Made by a program: the position numbers and the translations under genes. From positions 40,045 through 104,044 of the forward strand of contig CAZILC010000001.1 of assembly GCA_964540055.1 (NCBI GenBank): a stretch of DNA of 64,000 bases. The letters run 5' to 3'. The stretch comes from an uncultured Gammaproteobacteria bacterium (GTDB taxonomy: Bacteria; Patescibacteriota; Microgenomatia; Levybacterales; UBA12049). Under the pieces are notes generated by a model. That model made no database searches. It was not told where the DNA came from and saw nothing but the letters and a program-made list of their open reading frames with translations. Shown here piece by piece: positions 26,893 through 35,806 of this stretch (its first letter is position 1; each line of letters starts with the position of its first letter).

Positions 26893-27639
26893 CTAACTGC
26901 TAATTACGAATCGTCCAAACCTACTTGTCATTGTCGCAGTACCTTTATCATCAATCATATACCCATCATAACCAGGTAACTTTTCAATGAACCGAATGCC
27001 TTTCTCACCCATTGCAAATGCAGCTGTTGCAAACCTATCCGCGTCATATACTGTCGGGCCGATAACCGTCATGCTGGCAATCCCTTTAAGGGGATCATCC
27101 GGTTTGTGGGGATTGTAAATATGTTGTCCTCTGACATAGAGTCCTGACGTTGCAATCCCCTTGTTTTCAAGCCAAACGACTTTAACAATTTCTTCCCGGT
27201 TAAAAGGATTTCGAATACCGACGGTCCATCGCTCAGTCTTTTCATTTCTCCCCGAAACCTGGATGTCTCCACCTGCATCAACAAAAAAATTATGAAATCC
27301 TTGATTTTTTAACAGTCCATAGGCGTTATAAATTGCCCAACCTTTCACAATTCCTGACGGGTCAATAATGCCGTTGTGCGCAATATTAAAATAGCCGTTT
27401 GATTCTCTTCTTGTATCATCGGCCAGTTGAAGGATCTGGCGAACATCAGTGCTTACTTGCTTTTTAGTTATTTCGCCGGAGTTAAGTCGAGAAATTTCAC
27501 TGTCTTTTTTGTATGTGCTGAACATGCGGTCAATGGATGCAAAATAATCAAAGACGCCCGCAATGTCGGATTCGGTCACCTGTGGATCGACAACTTCAAT
27601 TGTAATTGGCATGCCCATGAGAAGTCGAGTACGCTTCAT
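26893..27639 (-). CDS. apbE: FAD:protein FMN transferase (ApbE family), no signal peptide
   Basis: 248 aa. Starts directly at the conserved LMGMPITIEV block. ApbE motifs FDPSGIVKGWA-like (IDPSGIVKGWA) and ATSG are present. Confidence 0.8.
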   Translation of the reverse strand: MKRTRLLMGMPITIEVVDPQVTESDIAGVFDYFASIDRMFSTYKKDSEISRLNSGEITKKQVSTDVRQILQLADDTRRESNGYFNIAHNGIIDPSGIVKGWAIYNAYGLLKNQGFHNFFVDAGGDIQVSGRNEKTERWTVGIRNPFNREEIVKVVWLENKGIATSGLYVRGQHIYNPHKPDDPLKGIASMTVIGPTVYDADRFATAAFAMGEKGIRFIEKLPGYDGYMIDDKGTATMTSRFGRFVISS

Positions 27640-27641
27640 AT

Positions 27642-28076
27642 TTATTTCGCTTGTGATAATGCGCTAGCCAAAGACTGCATAAAAGCCTGGCTGGAATCAG
27701 TTGCACCTGAAACGATATCAACGTTTGCGGATTGCGCCTGAATTGCTTCTTGCTTAAGTACCGGCATGGCTTGCTGATTTATTTGAATTGAATCATCTCT
27801 GTCGTTTGGATACTGCAAGAACTGCACATCCGAAATTTTCCCGTTTTGAATCGTTGCCTGCACTTGGATTGTACCGTATATAGCATCCGCTGCTGAACCA
27901 GTATATGTCCCGTCTTTATACGCCCTTTGAGAAGTATTTACGCTTGCTTCTGTTGCTGTAGTATCTGATGTATTTTTATTTGTTGAAACCGGTACCGCAG
28001 TTGTGGAATTATTGTGATAAATCGAATATAAAACAAAAACTACAATAACAAATCCAACCAATAATAATTTCTTCAT
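27642..28076 (-). CDS. membrane-anchored FMN-binding-domain protein (flavinylation substrate)
   Basis: N-terminal TM helix. FMN_bind domain with the flavinylation motif DIVSGATDSS (Thr codon at about 27699..27701). Confidence 0.8.
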   Translation of the reverse strand: MKKLLLVGFVIVVFVLYSIYHNNSTTAVPVSTNKNTSDTTATEASVNTSQRAYKDGTYTGSAADAIYGTIQVQATIQNGKISDVQFLQYPNDRDDSIQINQQAMPVLKQEAIQAQSANVDIVSGATDSSQAFMQSLASALSQAK

Positions 28077-28138
28077 GTACTTATTTTATTGCGTATTCCT
28101 TTAATCTTGCTTAAACACAACGAGATAATCTAAACAAA

Positions 28139-28172
28139 AACAGCCCCGATTAGATCGGAGCTGTTCTCATCG
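28139..28172 (-). terminator. rho-independent terminator
   Basis: Minus-strand read: AACAGCTCCGAT-cta-ATCGGGGCTGTT followed by TTTGTTT, 20 nt after the stop at 28188. Confidence 0.7.
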
Positions 28173-28187
28173 CTGCCAAAGCTTTTT

Positions 28188-28703
28188 TTACGGAGTTGGC
28201 GTTACTGTCGGCATGTTATGCCCACCAAACTTTCCAAACCGTCCTTTCCCAGGCCCAAACGGACGAAGATATTGTAATGGAATATTATTCTGACTCGCCC
28301 AATTCTTCAGGTCCTGCATATTCGACTGCATTTGCGCACGCCTTTGCGCAGGAGTCATAGTTTTGAGATTTTGTTTATCACTTTGCATCTGACTCAGAAG
28401 CTCGTTATGTTTATCCAAAATCAGTTGTTTCTGAGAAGATGTGATCTTCCCCGTATCAACTAAATTCTGCAGATAATTTTCATAATTTGCTTCTCTTTGA
28501 GTCTGCATCTCCTTTTGATGTTGCGTAAAAACTGACTGCACATCATCCTTGTTGAGATGAAATTTATCGGCAATTTCCTGTATAAGAGATGAAACCCCAT
28601 TTTGCCCATTAGCAGGAGTTTGAGCAAATGCGTTCGTAGCGACAACCAGCCCGCCACTTAAGACACTTATAGCCGCAACAGTTAATATTAATTTCTTTGT
28701 CAT
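28188..28703 (-). CDS. secreted LTXXQ-motif protein (Spy/CpxP/ZraP-like, tentative)
   Basis: Signal peptide. Helical and Gln/Met-rich. LTXXQ-like motifs ITSSQ and MTPAQ. GAGGTGAG SD upstream. Confidence 0.45.
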   Translation of the reverse strand: MTKKLILTVAAISVLSGGLVVATNAFAQTPANGQNGVSSLIQEIADKFHLNKDDVQSVFTQHQKEMQTQREANYENYLQNLVDTGKITSSQKQLILDKHNELLSQMQSDKQNLKTMTPAQRRAQMQSNMQDLKNWASQNNIPLQYLRPFGPGKGRFGKFGGHNMPTVTPTP

Positions 28704-28867
28704 TCACTCACCTCACTTTCATTGATAAGAATCGATAAAATAATAAGCGATGCCGCAATGTCTTTAGATTCGCGGCGCCCCTCATTAAGTTTTGGGAGTA
28801 TATAAAGGAGAACTTAAAAATCGCTTTAACTAAATTAACAACAACAAAGTTTGGTGGAGCGAGGTAC

Positions 28868-28936
28868 AAAAATTTTTCGGTTGCACTTGAACGCGGTGAA
28901 TTGCAACGGAGAAAATTTTTTCGTGCCGAGCGGCAC
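28868..28936 (-). terminator. terminator region after the two-component operon
   Basis: Minus-strand read after the stop: GTGCCG-ctc-GGCAC, then a long hairpin AAAATTTTCTCCGTTGCA ... TGCAACCGAAAAATTTTT ending in a T run. Confidence 0.5.
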
Positions 28937-28937
28937 T

Positions 28938-29939
28938 CTAGGAAGCTATTACTGGAAGCGTAATCGTAAAAGTAGTTCCTTTTTTCGAAGTATTTTCTAC
29001 TTCTATTGAACCATTATGAGCATTGATAATTTTCTTTGCAATCGAAAGCCCTAAGCCATGTCCATCTGCCTGAGAGCGGGACTTATCTGCACGATAAAAC
29101 CGATCAAAAATATGCGGTAAATCAGCATCAGCTATGCCAATTCCTTGATCAACAATTGCAATTGCCACTACATTTTTCCGTCTCTTGGAAGAAACGCTTA
29201 CCGTAGTTTTCGAATGACTATATTTAATCGCATTATCAAATAAATTGATGAAAACTTCAGTAAGTCGTTGCATATCGCCCTTCACCATACCCTCAATGGT
29301 AAAAATAGTAAAAGTAATGCGTTTCTTTTTGGCCATAGGCGATACTTTTTTATACGCAGCTTGAATAACTTCCTGCAAAACAACTTTATCAGTTACTTCC
29401 TCATCTTTTTTATGCACATGCGCCAATTGCAAAAGTCTGTTGGCAAGCTGCTGCAATTTCCCCAATTCTTCCAGATTGCTTTCTATCAAATTTCGTGCGT
29501 CTTTATCATTCAAATGCTTTTCCAGAAGTGTTGCTTCCATTTCCGCTCTGAGGGTTGCAATTGGCGTCCTGAGTTCATGCGATGCGTCTGAAATGAATTG
29601 GTTTTGTTCATCTACCATCACCTGAATAGGACGAAGCGTCCTCCCTGCAAGAAAATAGCCCGCACCTCCTGCAAGAACAAATATAATGCCATTAATGATA
29701 ATCAGTGAAATCTGAAGCCTCGTCTTCACATCCTGCAGTTGATCAAGGGTAATAATTGCATTAGGCGGAGTCGGCAATTGTAGCTGATTGCTCTGCTGCT
29801 GCAAATAATGAATTCTATCAATCACCCGTTGAATTTCAAACGTCGATTCCCGATAAAAAGCAAGACTAAAGGTAATACTCACGAGCATAGTAATAAGGAG
29901 ATACCAAGCAGTTAATTTGAGGCGTGCGGATTGGAACAT
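28938..29939 (-). CDS. sensor histidine kinase (HisKA + HATPase_c)
   Basis: Two TM helices. H-box SHELRTPIA, N-box NLFDNAIKY, G-boxes DQGIGI and GHGLGLSI. Confidence 0.85.
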   Translation of the reverse strand: MFQSARLKLTAWYLLITMLVSITFSLAFYRESTFEIQRVIDRIHYLQQQSNQLQLPTPPNAIITLDQLQDVKTRLQISLIIINGIIFVLAGGAGYFLAGRTLRPIQVMVDEQNQFISDASHELRTPIATLRAEMEATLLEKHLNDKDARNLIESNLEELGKLQQLANRLLQLAHVHKKDEEVTDKVVLQEVIQAAYKKVSPMAKKKRITFTIFTIEGMVKGDMQRLTEVFINLFDNAIKYSHSKTTVSVSSKRRKNVVAIAIVDQGIGIADADLPHIFDRFYRADKSRSQADGHGLGLSIAKKIINAHNGSIEVENTSKKGTTFTITLPVIAS

Positions 29940-29946
29940 AATTGGC

Positions 29947-30615
29947 TCACTCTCTAATCGTATAACCGCGGCCGCGAATGGTGTAAATCAAAGAGTCATC
30001 ACCGGTAATATCAATCTTATCACGAAGATGCTTCACATGCACTTCAATAGTGCTGGGTAAAACATCTGATTCATAATCCCAAACGTGGGAGATAATTTGA
30101 TCTTTTGTCATAACGACATTTTTATTGCGCAATAAATATTCAAGCAGTGAAAATTCTTTTGCGGATAACTCAATCATTTTGCCATTGCGCTTGACAGTGA
30201 ACGTTTTTGGATCAAGTGTCAGATCTTTTATTCCCAACACAGGATCATTTGTTTGTTGTGGTCTTCGAACCAATGCCCTGATGCGCGCAAATAATTCTTC
30301 AAATGAAAATGGCTTGACCATATAATCATCCGCTCCGACATCAAGTCCCGTTACTTTATCCGAAATTTGACCTTTTGCAGTTAACATCAAAACTGGTGTA
30401 TGAATACCTTCGGTTCGTATACGTTTGCAGATCTCAATACCATTCATTCCGGGTAGCATAATGTCTAAAATAATTAAACTAAACTCCTCACCGATCGCGA
30501 AATCCAACCCATCCTTACCATTATTCACAACATCAACAGCATATTTCTGAAGCTCAAGTGCACGCTTCATCGCGTGCGCCAATTTCATTTCATCCTCAAC
30601 AATTAAGATTCTCAT
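29947..30615 (-). CDS. OmpR/PhoB-family response regulator
   Basis: Receiver domain (ILIVEDE...LIILDIMLPGMNG) plus a winged-helix C-terminus (LSAKEFSLLEYLL...IYTIRGRGY). Confidence 0.9.
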   Translation of the reverse strand: MRILIVEDEMKLAHAMKRALELQKYAVDVVNNGKDGLDFAIGEEFSLIILDIMLPGMNGIEICKRIRTEGIHTPVLMLTAKGQISDKVTGLDVGADDYMVKPFSFEELFARIRALVRRPQQTNDPVLGIKDLTLDPKTFTVKRNGKMIELSAKEFSLLEYLLRNKNVVMTKDQIISHVWDYESDVLPSTIEVHVKHLRDKIDITGDDSLIYTIRGRGYTIRE

Positions 30616-30674
30616 GTGATAATTGTAAAACTGTAAACTTTACGTTCGCTTAAGATTTGAGTATTGTACCGTGA

Positions 30675-31400
30675 TTACTTCTGTTTTTCAATATTTTGTA
30701 TTGCATCCCAGATGATGTTGAAGAAAAATTGATTGGCATAATCACTCGGATGAGCGCCGTCTCGTGCTACGAATTTTTTACGAGTTTTCTTATCATAATA
30801 ATCATTTCCCCGTTTACGGTAAAAATTAAGATACGTGACACGTGGCACTTTCTTTGCTAGTTCTGCATACACCTTGCTCAATTCTTCAGTTCGGTAATCA
30901 AAAACATAATCGAAGGGAAAGAGAAAAAAACCTACATTTCCGATATTTACACTGTGACATAAAATAATATGATCTGTTATTTTACTTGTTTGCTGTAAAA
31001 AAGTTAGTAAGCGCTTTTGCAGAGTTTTATAATTACTAAAAAACATAATATCGTTTGCTCCAATTCCTATGACAATATATCCATACTGGTTGTAGCGAGC
31101 TTTCTCAATTTGTTTTACCAAATCGGAAACCTTTGCGCTGTTTTCTGCTAAAACTTCAACCGTTGCATTATTTTCTTTTGAGGCAATAAGAGCTCCAAAA
31201 GTTTTTTTAGTATGCTCAATCCCCGCTCCATACATTGAACTATCCCCCAGAAGAAGAATATGCTTAGAAGGATTTTTATTAGATACGTAAAACGTGGGAA
31301 ATGATTTATTTGTTTTGATAAGTTTATTCACTCGTCCAAATCGGACTGCCATTATTCCGCAATAAAAAATAAATAATGCAAGTAAGATAATTCCAAGCAT
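30675..31400 (-). CDS. SGNH/GDSL hydrolase-family protein, N-terminal TM anchor
   Basis: ILLLGDSSMYGAG (GDS block), GANDI block, and DGAHPS near the C-terminus. Confidence 0.7.
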   Translation of the reverse strand: MLGIILLALFIFYCGIMAVRFGRVNKLIKTNKSFPTFYVSNKNPSKHILLLGDSSMYGAGIEHTKKTFGALIASKENNATVEVLAENSAKVSDLVKQIEKARYNQYGYIVIGIGANDIMFFSNYKTLQKRLLTFLQQTSKITDHIILCHSVNIGNVGFFLFPFDYVFDYRTEELSKVYAELAKKVPRVTYLNFYRKRGNDYYDKKTRKKFVARDGAHPSDYANQFFFNIIWDAIQNIEKQK

Positions 31401-31442
31401 GCTAGTAGTGTATCAAAAACAAAAAAAAACATCTTTTCATTC

Positions 31443-31471
31443 TTGACGGGACAAATGAAAAAAGATAATAT
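31443..31471 (+). promoter_or_regulatory. promoter: TTGACG-17-TAATAT, with the ATG 9 nt downstream
   Basis: TTGACG at 31443..31448 (the TTG is mis-used as a start by ORF 31443..31736). TAATAT at 31466..31471. ATG at 31481. Confidence 0.6.
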
Positions 31472-31480
31472 AAAAATCTC

Positions 31481-32044
31481 ATGCCAAAAGAAGAAAAGGA
31501 TAAAAAAGAAGAAGTTTGCCCCAAATGCGGCTCCAAACTTGGAGAAGTTATGGAGACCAGAACAGGAAAAAAGCTCCAGCGCTGCTCAGCCGGATCATGG
31601 GATCCAGAAACTAAGAAAAATGTCGGCTGTGATTATGTTAAATGGCTTCAAGTCGAAGATAAACCTCTTGATGAGAAATGTCCAAAATGCGGAAATCCCC
31701 TCATCCTCGCAACCACTCGCTTTGGTAAAAAGATGAAAAAATGTTCAACGGGCAAATGGAACAGCGAAACGAAAAAAGTCGAAGGCTGCGACTATGTAGA
31801 ATGGATCAACGGAACAACAGAACCGCTAGATGAGGAGTGTCCCGACTGCGGAAACAAATTGGTACTCTTTACTACAAATGCCGGTAAAAAGATGAAAAAA
31901 TGCTCAACAGCAGGCTGGGATTCCAAAAAACGCAAAGCAACGGGATGCCCTTATATTTACTGGCTCAAACCAAGTGAATATCCACAAAAAGAAAATCTCG
32001 ACAGCGGCGGTGAAGAATTCCTTCCTCCAGAACCGGAAGAGTAA
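31481..32044 (+). CDS. stand-alone triple zinc-ribbon protein (topoisomerase-type C4 fingers)
   Basis: Three ~55-aa repeats of CPxCG-x17/18-C-x13/14-GC(D/P)Y: CPKCGSKL...RCSAGSWDPETKKNVGCDYVKW, CPKCGNPL...KCSTGKWNSETKKVEGCDYVEW, CPDCGNKL...KCSTAGWDSKKRKATGCPYIYW. Confidence 0.65.
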   Translation: MPKEEKDKKEEVCPKCGSKLGEVMETRTGKKLQRCSAGSWDPETKKNVGCDYVKWLQVEDKPLDEKCPKCGNPLILATTRFGKKMKKCSTGKWNSETKKVEGCDYVEWINGTTEPLDEECPDCGNKLVLFTTNAGKKMKKCSTAGWDSKKRKATGCPYIYWLKPSEYPQKENLDSGGEEFLPPEPEE

Positions 32045-32045
32045 T

Positions 32046-32924
32046 TTATCTTATTAATACTCCCCCCAAAGCAATTGCCTGATCTATGACTCTATTATAT
32101 TCCTCTTTGTTTTGATGCGGATTTGCATGTCCTTGATTGCCGCCCAATCCGAATACTCGCATATGGGGAAAAGAAGGACGAAGATCACGTTCGGCTGCTT
32201 GAAAATTAATTACCGGATCTTTTTTTGGATCTTGTGGATGTAAAACATTTACTATGGTATTATCACGATTTACAACGGCTGCCAAAGGTGGCAGAAATCT
32301 TTTCCCATGATAGAGCATCTGTCCCTGATCCCATAAAAGATCAGGCATAGCGGCATAACCTGCAAATGGATCATGATATGCTTCTATATCAAAAACTTCG
32401 GTCAGAAGTGTACCTCCGTGATATTCAGGAATTCCCGCAATTGCCTGTGCGACTCCATTAAAACGTGTATCTTTCAAATCAGGGGTTGGATCATCCATAA
32501 AGATCATGGGGAACCGAAATTTGTCGCCAACATGTTGTGTTATTGCCCCCGCTATCTGCACTCCCATGCTATGACCATAAATAGAAAGATACTCAACACC
32601 GAGTTCTTCTTTTATTGCAAGAAGATCTTTGGCGAGTCGAGGAATTTGTAGTCCTGTTTGTGCGTAATGTGCATACATGACCGGACCGAGTTGCTTAAGT
32701 GCAGGGAGATCCTGGGCAAGACCTTTTGAATCACTCACCGTAACCCCACCAAGCACCAGAACTGCAGATTCTGATCGTCTTTTCTCACCTGGCAGAAATC
32801 TTATGGAGGATCTTGTATCCAGCATTTCCGCAAGCTTTGGCAGCTGATCAACTACAACAGCACCTCCTAGTGCCTTTGCACCTGTGCCCAAAAACCACCG
32901 TCTGCTTCTTAATTTTTCACTCAT
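32046..32924 (-). CDS. Tat-signal alpha/beta hydrolase (esterase/lipase-like)
   Basis: Twin-arginine motif SRRWFLGTGAKALGG. Nucleophile elbow GHSMG. Confidence 0.6.
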   Translation of the reverse strand: MSEKLRSRRWFLGTGAKALGGAVVVDQLPKLAEMLDTRSSIRFLPGEKRRSESAVLVLGGVTVSDSKGLAQDLPALKQLGPVMYAHYAQTGLQIPRLAKDLLAIKEELGVEYLSIYGHSMGVQIAGAITQHVGDKFRFPMIFMDDPTPDLKDTRFNGVAQAIAGIPEYHGGTLLTEVFDIEAYHDPFAGYAAMPDLLWDQGQMLYHGKRFLPPLAAVVNRDNTIVNVLHPQDPKKDPVINFQAAERDLRPSFPHMRVFGLGGNQGHANPHQNKEEYNRVIDQAIALGGVLIR

Positions 32925-32935
32925 AGTATTTTTTC

Positions 32936-34069
32936 TTATTCCAAATACTTTTTGTAAAATGCGACGGTGTCTTGCATAGCTTCATCAAAACTTGGTCCTG
33001 AAATATTGTGTCCGCCTGTAGGAAACTCATTCATCCTATGCACAACAGTTGTCGCATCAAACAATTTTATAAGATCCCTATTATATCCTATATTAACGAC
33101 TGTGTCATCCTGCGCCTGATCGATCTGAATCGCGCCCTTTAAATCGGAAAGATAACTCACCGGTGCAAGATCGTGCCAGAAATGATTTTTCAGATCGGGC
33201 TTGCCATAAAGTCTTTGTAATTGTCTACGGAGTCTAAAACTCGCAGATGTAGTCGCTTCAGGATCTGTCGGGCTTGGCTGATAACTCGGATCATTTAATT
33301 TATATTTTTGTAAATCAGTGTAGGTATATCCAGCTCCGGACCAAATGACAACTGCAGGGATATCAGGTTTTGTCGCCCATGCACGCATGACAATATTCCC
33401 TGCCATACTATGTCCCCAGAGACCGATTTTTTTTGGATTAATTTGTAAATCCTCTCCTGGTGTCGCACTAACAATCGGAGTTGCTGAAGTAGATGCTATA
33501 TGCGTTGCCTGTAAAGCAGCATAAGCATTTAGTGTATCCTTTACATATCCTGCCGAATAATATGCACCAGCAGGCTCCCCTTCTGAATCACCATTGCCGC
33601 GTAAATCAATTTTGAAAACCACAAATCCATTCCGCGCCAAATAATCTACGTAATCAACATAGCGACCAAGCGTCGTATACTCTTTTGGCGGAATATATCC
33701 GTGAACAAAAACAATTGCCGGCCAACCTCCATCCGGTGGTGTGCCTGTCGGTACAGTGAGTAAACCATTTATTTTTAATCCATCCGATAAATAGCTGGTG
33801 AGATAAGAAATATAATTTGCATTCTGATCAATTTGCTGCAAATCGCTGAGACTACTTTTATAGGTCAATTGACGTAAGTATGGAATCGTCAGATCTTCAT
33901 AAGGATACGGTGTGGGAGTTGGAACGATTATGGTTTTGTAAACCACTTTCTGAATCGTTTTTCTTAATTCAACTGCAGGAGCAGCATTACTTTGCCGAAG
34001 GTAAAACACGCCAACAGTAAGACCAAAAAGCACAACAAATGAAATCCAGAACCGTTTACCCCTATTCAT
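32936..34069 (-). CDS. alpha/beta hydrolase (S9 peptidase / dienelactone hydrolase-like), membrane-anchored
   Basis: N-terminal TM helix. VFVHGY, GLWGHSMAG nucleophile elbow, and a C-terminal GGHN block. Confidence 0.7.
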   Translation of the reverse strand: MNRGKRFWISFVVLFGLTVGVFYLRQSNAAPAVELRKTIQKVVYKTIIVPTPTPYPYEDLTIPYLRQLTYKSSLSDLQQIDQNANYISYLTSYLSDGLKINGLLTVPTGTPPDGGWPAIVFVHGYIPPKEYTTLGRYVDYVDYLARNGFVVFKIDLRGNGDSEGEPAGAYYSAGYVKDTLNAYAALQATHIASTSATPIVSATPGEDLQINPKKIGLWGHSMAGNIVMRAWATKPDIPAVVIWSGAGYTYTDLQKYKLNDPSYQPSPTDPEATTSASFRLRRQLQRLYGKPDLKNHFWHDLAPVSYLSDLKGAIQIDQAQDDTVVNIGYNRDLIKLFDATTVVHRMNEFPTGGHNISGPSFDEAMQDTVAFYKKYLE

Positions 34070-34123
34070 ACTTGAGGTTACATTATAACAGCGGATTTAT
34101 AACATGCAAAAGGGAAATCGTCT

Positions 34124-35038
34124 TTACAAACTCTCAGCTCGAGGACGTTGAAATTGCAAATATTTTTCTTTGCAGACTTTTTTGTCAAATGCCAATCCCG
34201 TTTCCTTATCGCGACAAGCCAAACAGCAAATATAATGATAGTGACACAAGTCATATTCACAATTGACGTACGAATCGCAGGCAACTCCGCAATGCATGCA
34301 TTTCCCAACGATTTCATGCTCTGAAGATTCGGTATTAAATCCAACCGTCAGGCGCTTATCAAACACATATAATTTACCTTTAAAATGCTGATTGGGATAT
34401 TTTTCCATATAAGTAACAATCCCATCTTTGAGTTGATAGACATCATTAAATCCATTATCAACCAAAAATCCTGAAGCTTTTTCACATCTAATTCCGCCTG
34501 TACAAACTGTGACTACGGTTTTGTTCTTTAAATGTTCCAATCGTGGTAGCACATCCGGCAAATCATAAAAATTATGAATTCCAGACGGTATAAAATTTTC
34601 AAAGTAACCCGAAATATATTCGTAGTCATTTCGCATATCAACAATGTAAAACTCTTTTCCATTCTCAAACCATGCGTGTAGTTCTTCTGCTAAGAGATAT
34701 TTTCCAGTAACTTGGTTTGGGTTTAATCCTTTAATCTTTGTTGTTACAACTTCAGGACGATATTTTACTGATAATTTCGGAAAAGCCTCACCTGTCCCTT
34801 TACTTTTTTTATAAGAAATCCCTTTGAAATAGGTACTTTTCTCCATTGCTTTGATATATTTTTCGGTGTCCTCAACGGTACCTTCAACAGTCCCATTAAT
34901 TCCCTCGTCAGCGACAATAATACGGCCTTTCAAATTAAGTTTCAAACACAAATCCCGCTGCTCGTCCCGAACGTTTTCTGCTTCAGGAATTGAAATATAT
35001 TTATAATAAAGTAACACTTGATACTGAGGCTTTTTCAT
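34124..35038 (-). CDS. trhO: rhodanese-domain protein UPF0176 / tRNA uridine(34) hydroxylase TrhO
   Basis: YQVLLYYKYISIPEAE...LKGRIIVADEGINGTVEG N-terminus. Rhodanese loop CTGGIRCEKA. Cys-rich C-terminus. Confidence 0.8.
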   Translation of the reverse strand: MKKPQYQVLLYYKYISIPEAENVRDEQRDLCLKLNLKGRIIVADEGINGTVEGTVEDTEKYIKAMEKSTYFKGISYKKSKGTGEAFPKLSVKYRPEVVTTKIKGLNPNQVTGKYLLAEELHAWFENGKEFYIVDMRNDYEYISGYFENFIPSGIHNFYDLPDVLPRLEHLKNKTVVTVCTGGIRCEKASGFLVDNGFNDVYQLKDGIVTYMEKYPNQHFKGKLYVFDKRLTVGFNTESSEHEIVGKCMHCGVACDSYVNCEYDLCHYHYICCLACRDKETGLAFDKKVCKEKYLQFQRPRAESL

Positions 35039-35061
35039 ATGACTGATTATAGCAAAAAAAG

Positions 35062-35805
35062 CTACACGGCTCTAGTTACGAGGAAAATAAAGATAACACC
35101 GGCAATTGTTAGGAATAACATTTTAAATGACGAGTGATGGCTATGTGCTTCGGGAAGCAACTCACTTGCGCCAATATACAAAAGAAATCCGGCAAAAAAT
35201 CCTAAATAGAGTTGCAAAATGTTATCAGGGATCAGAAATATAAATGTTGAAAGTACTCCAAGAACAGGAGCTATAGCATCAAGAATAAGAAGTCTAAAAG
35301 ATTTCTGTATCGTGTTTTTATTTGTCAGCATGAGCGTCACTGTATTGAGTCCGTCTGAAAAATCATGGGCTATAACCGCAATCGCTATTAATAAACCTAC
35401 CTGTTGATTTACATGAAATCCCAACCCAATTCCGACGCCGTCGAGAAAACTATGGAATGATAATCCAAGAGCACCGAAAAGTCCGACTGCTTCACTATGA
35501 TGATCAAAATGATGCTCCTCAGTGTTGTGATCCATTTCGTGAGAATGATGAATGATGATAGTTTTCTCCAAAACATGGAACGCGAGAAATCCGACGACAA
35601 CGGCAATAAAAGCATTAATTATTGGAAATCCTTTTTCAGCACTCAATGAAACAACTTCTGGGAGAATGTCAAAAAAACAAACTGCCACCAGAACGCCTGC
35701 AGTAAAACTCATTATATAATGCAATTTATCCCGATTCTTAATTCCGAATATCCCGCCAATAAACGTTGAAAGAAAGGAGCAAATTGATAAAAGAATAGCT
35801 TCCAT
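35062..35805 (-). CDS. ZIP-family zinc/metal transporter
   Basis: 247 aa, 8 TM helices, His-rich loop HHSHEMDHNTEEHHFDHH, HDFSDG motif. 1-nt gap after the Zur-like gene. Confidence 0.85.
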   Translation of the reverse strand: MEAILLSICSFLSTFIGGIFGIKNRDKLHYIMSFTAGVLVAVCFFDILPEVVSLSAEKGFPIINAFIAVVVGFLAFHVLEKTIIIHHSHEMDHNTEEHHFDHHSEAVGLFGALGLSFHSFLDGVGIGLGFHVNQQVGLLIAIAVIAHDFSDGLNTVTLMLTNKNTIQKSFRLLILDAIAPVLGVLSTFIFLIPDNILQLYLGFFAGFLLYIGASELLPEAHSHHSSFKMLFLTIAGVIFIFLVTRAV

Positions 35806-35806
35806 A

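Noticed and set aside
28841-28937. A second copy of the 49927..50068 element (both have A/T-run inverted repeats flanked by AGCGAG-like GC hairpins)
   Set aside because: Only the general architecture is similar, with no alignable sequence beyond short words. Its position directly after the histidine kinase stop fits an ordinary terminator.
31443-31736. 97-aa ORF starting at TTG 31443
   Set aside because: Its TTG is the first half of the TTGACG -35 box of the promoter for the zinc-ribbon gene. It is an alternative frame of that gene.
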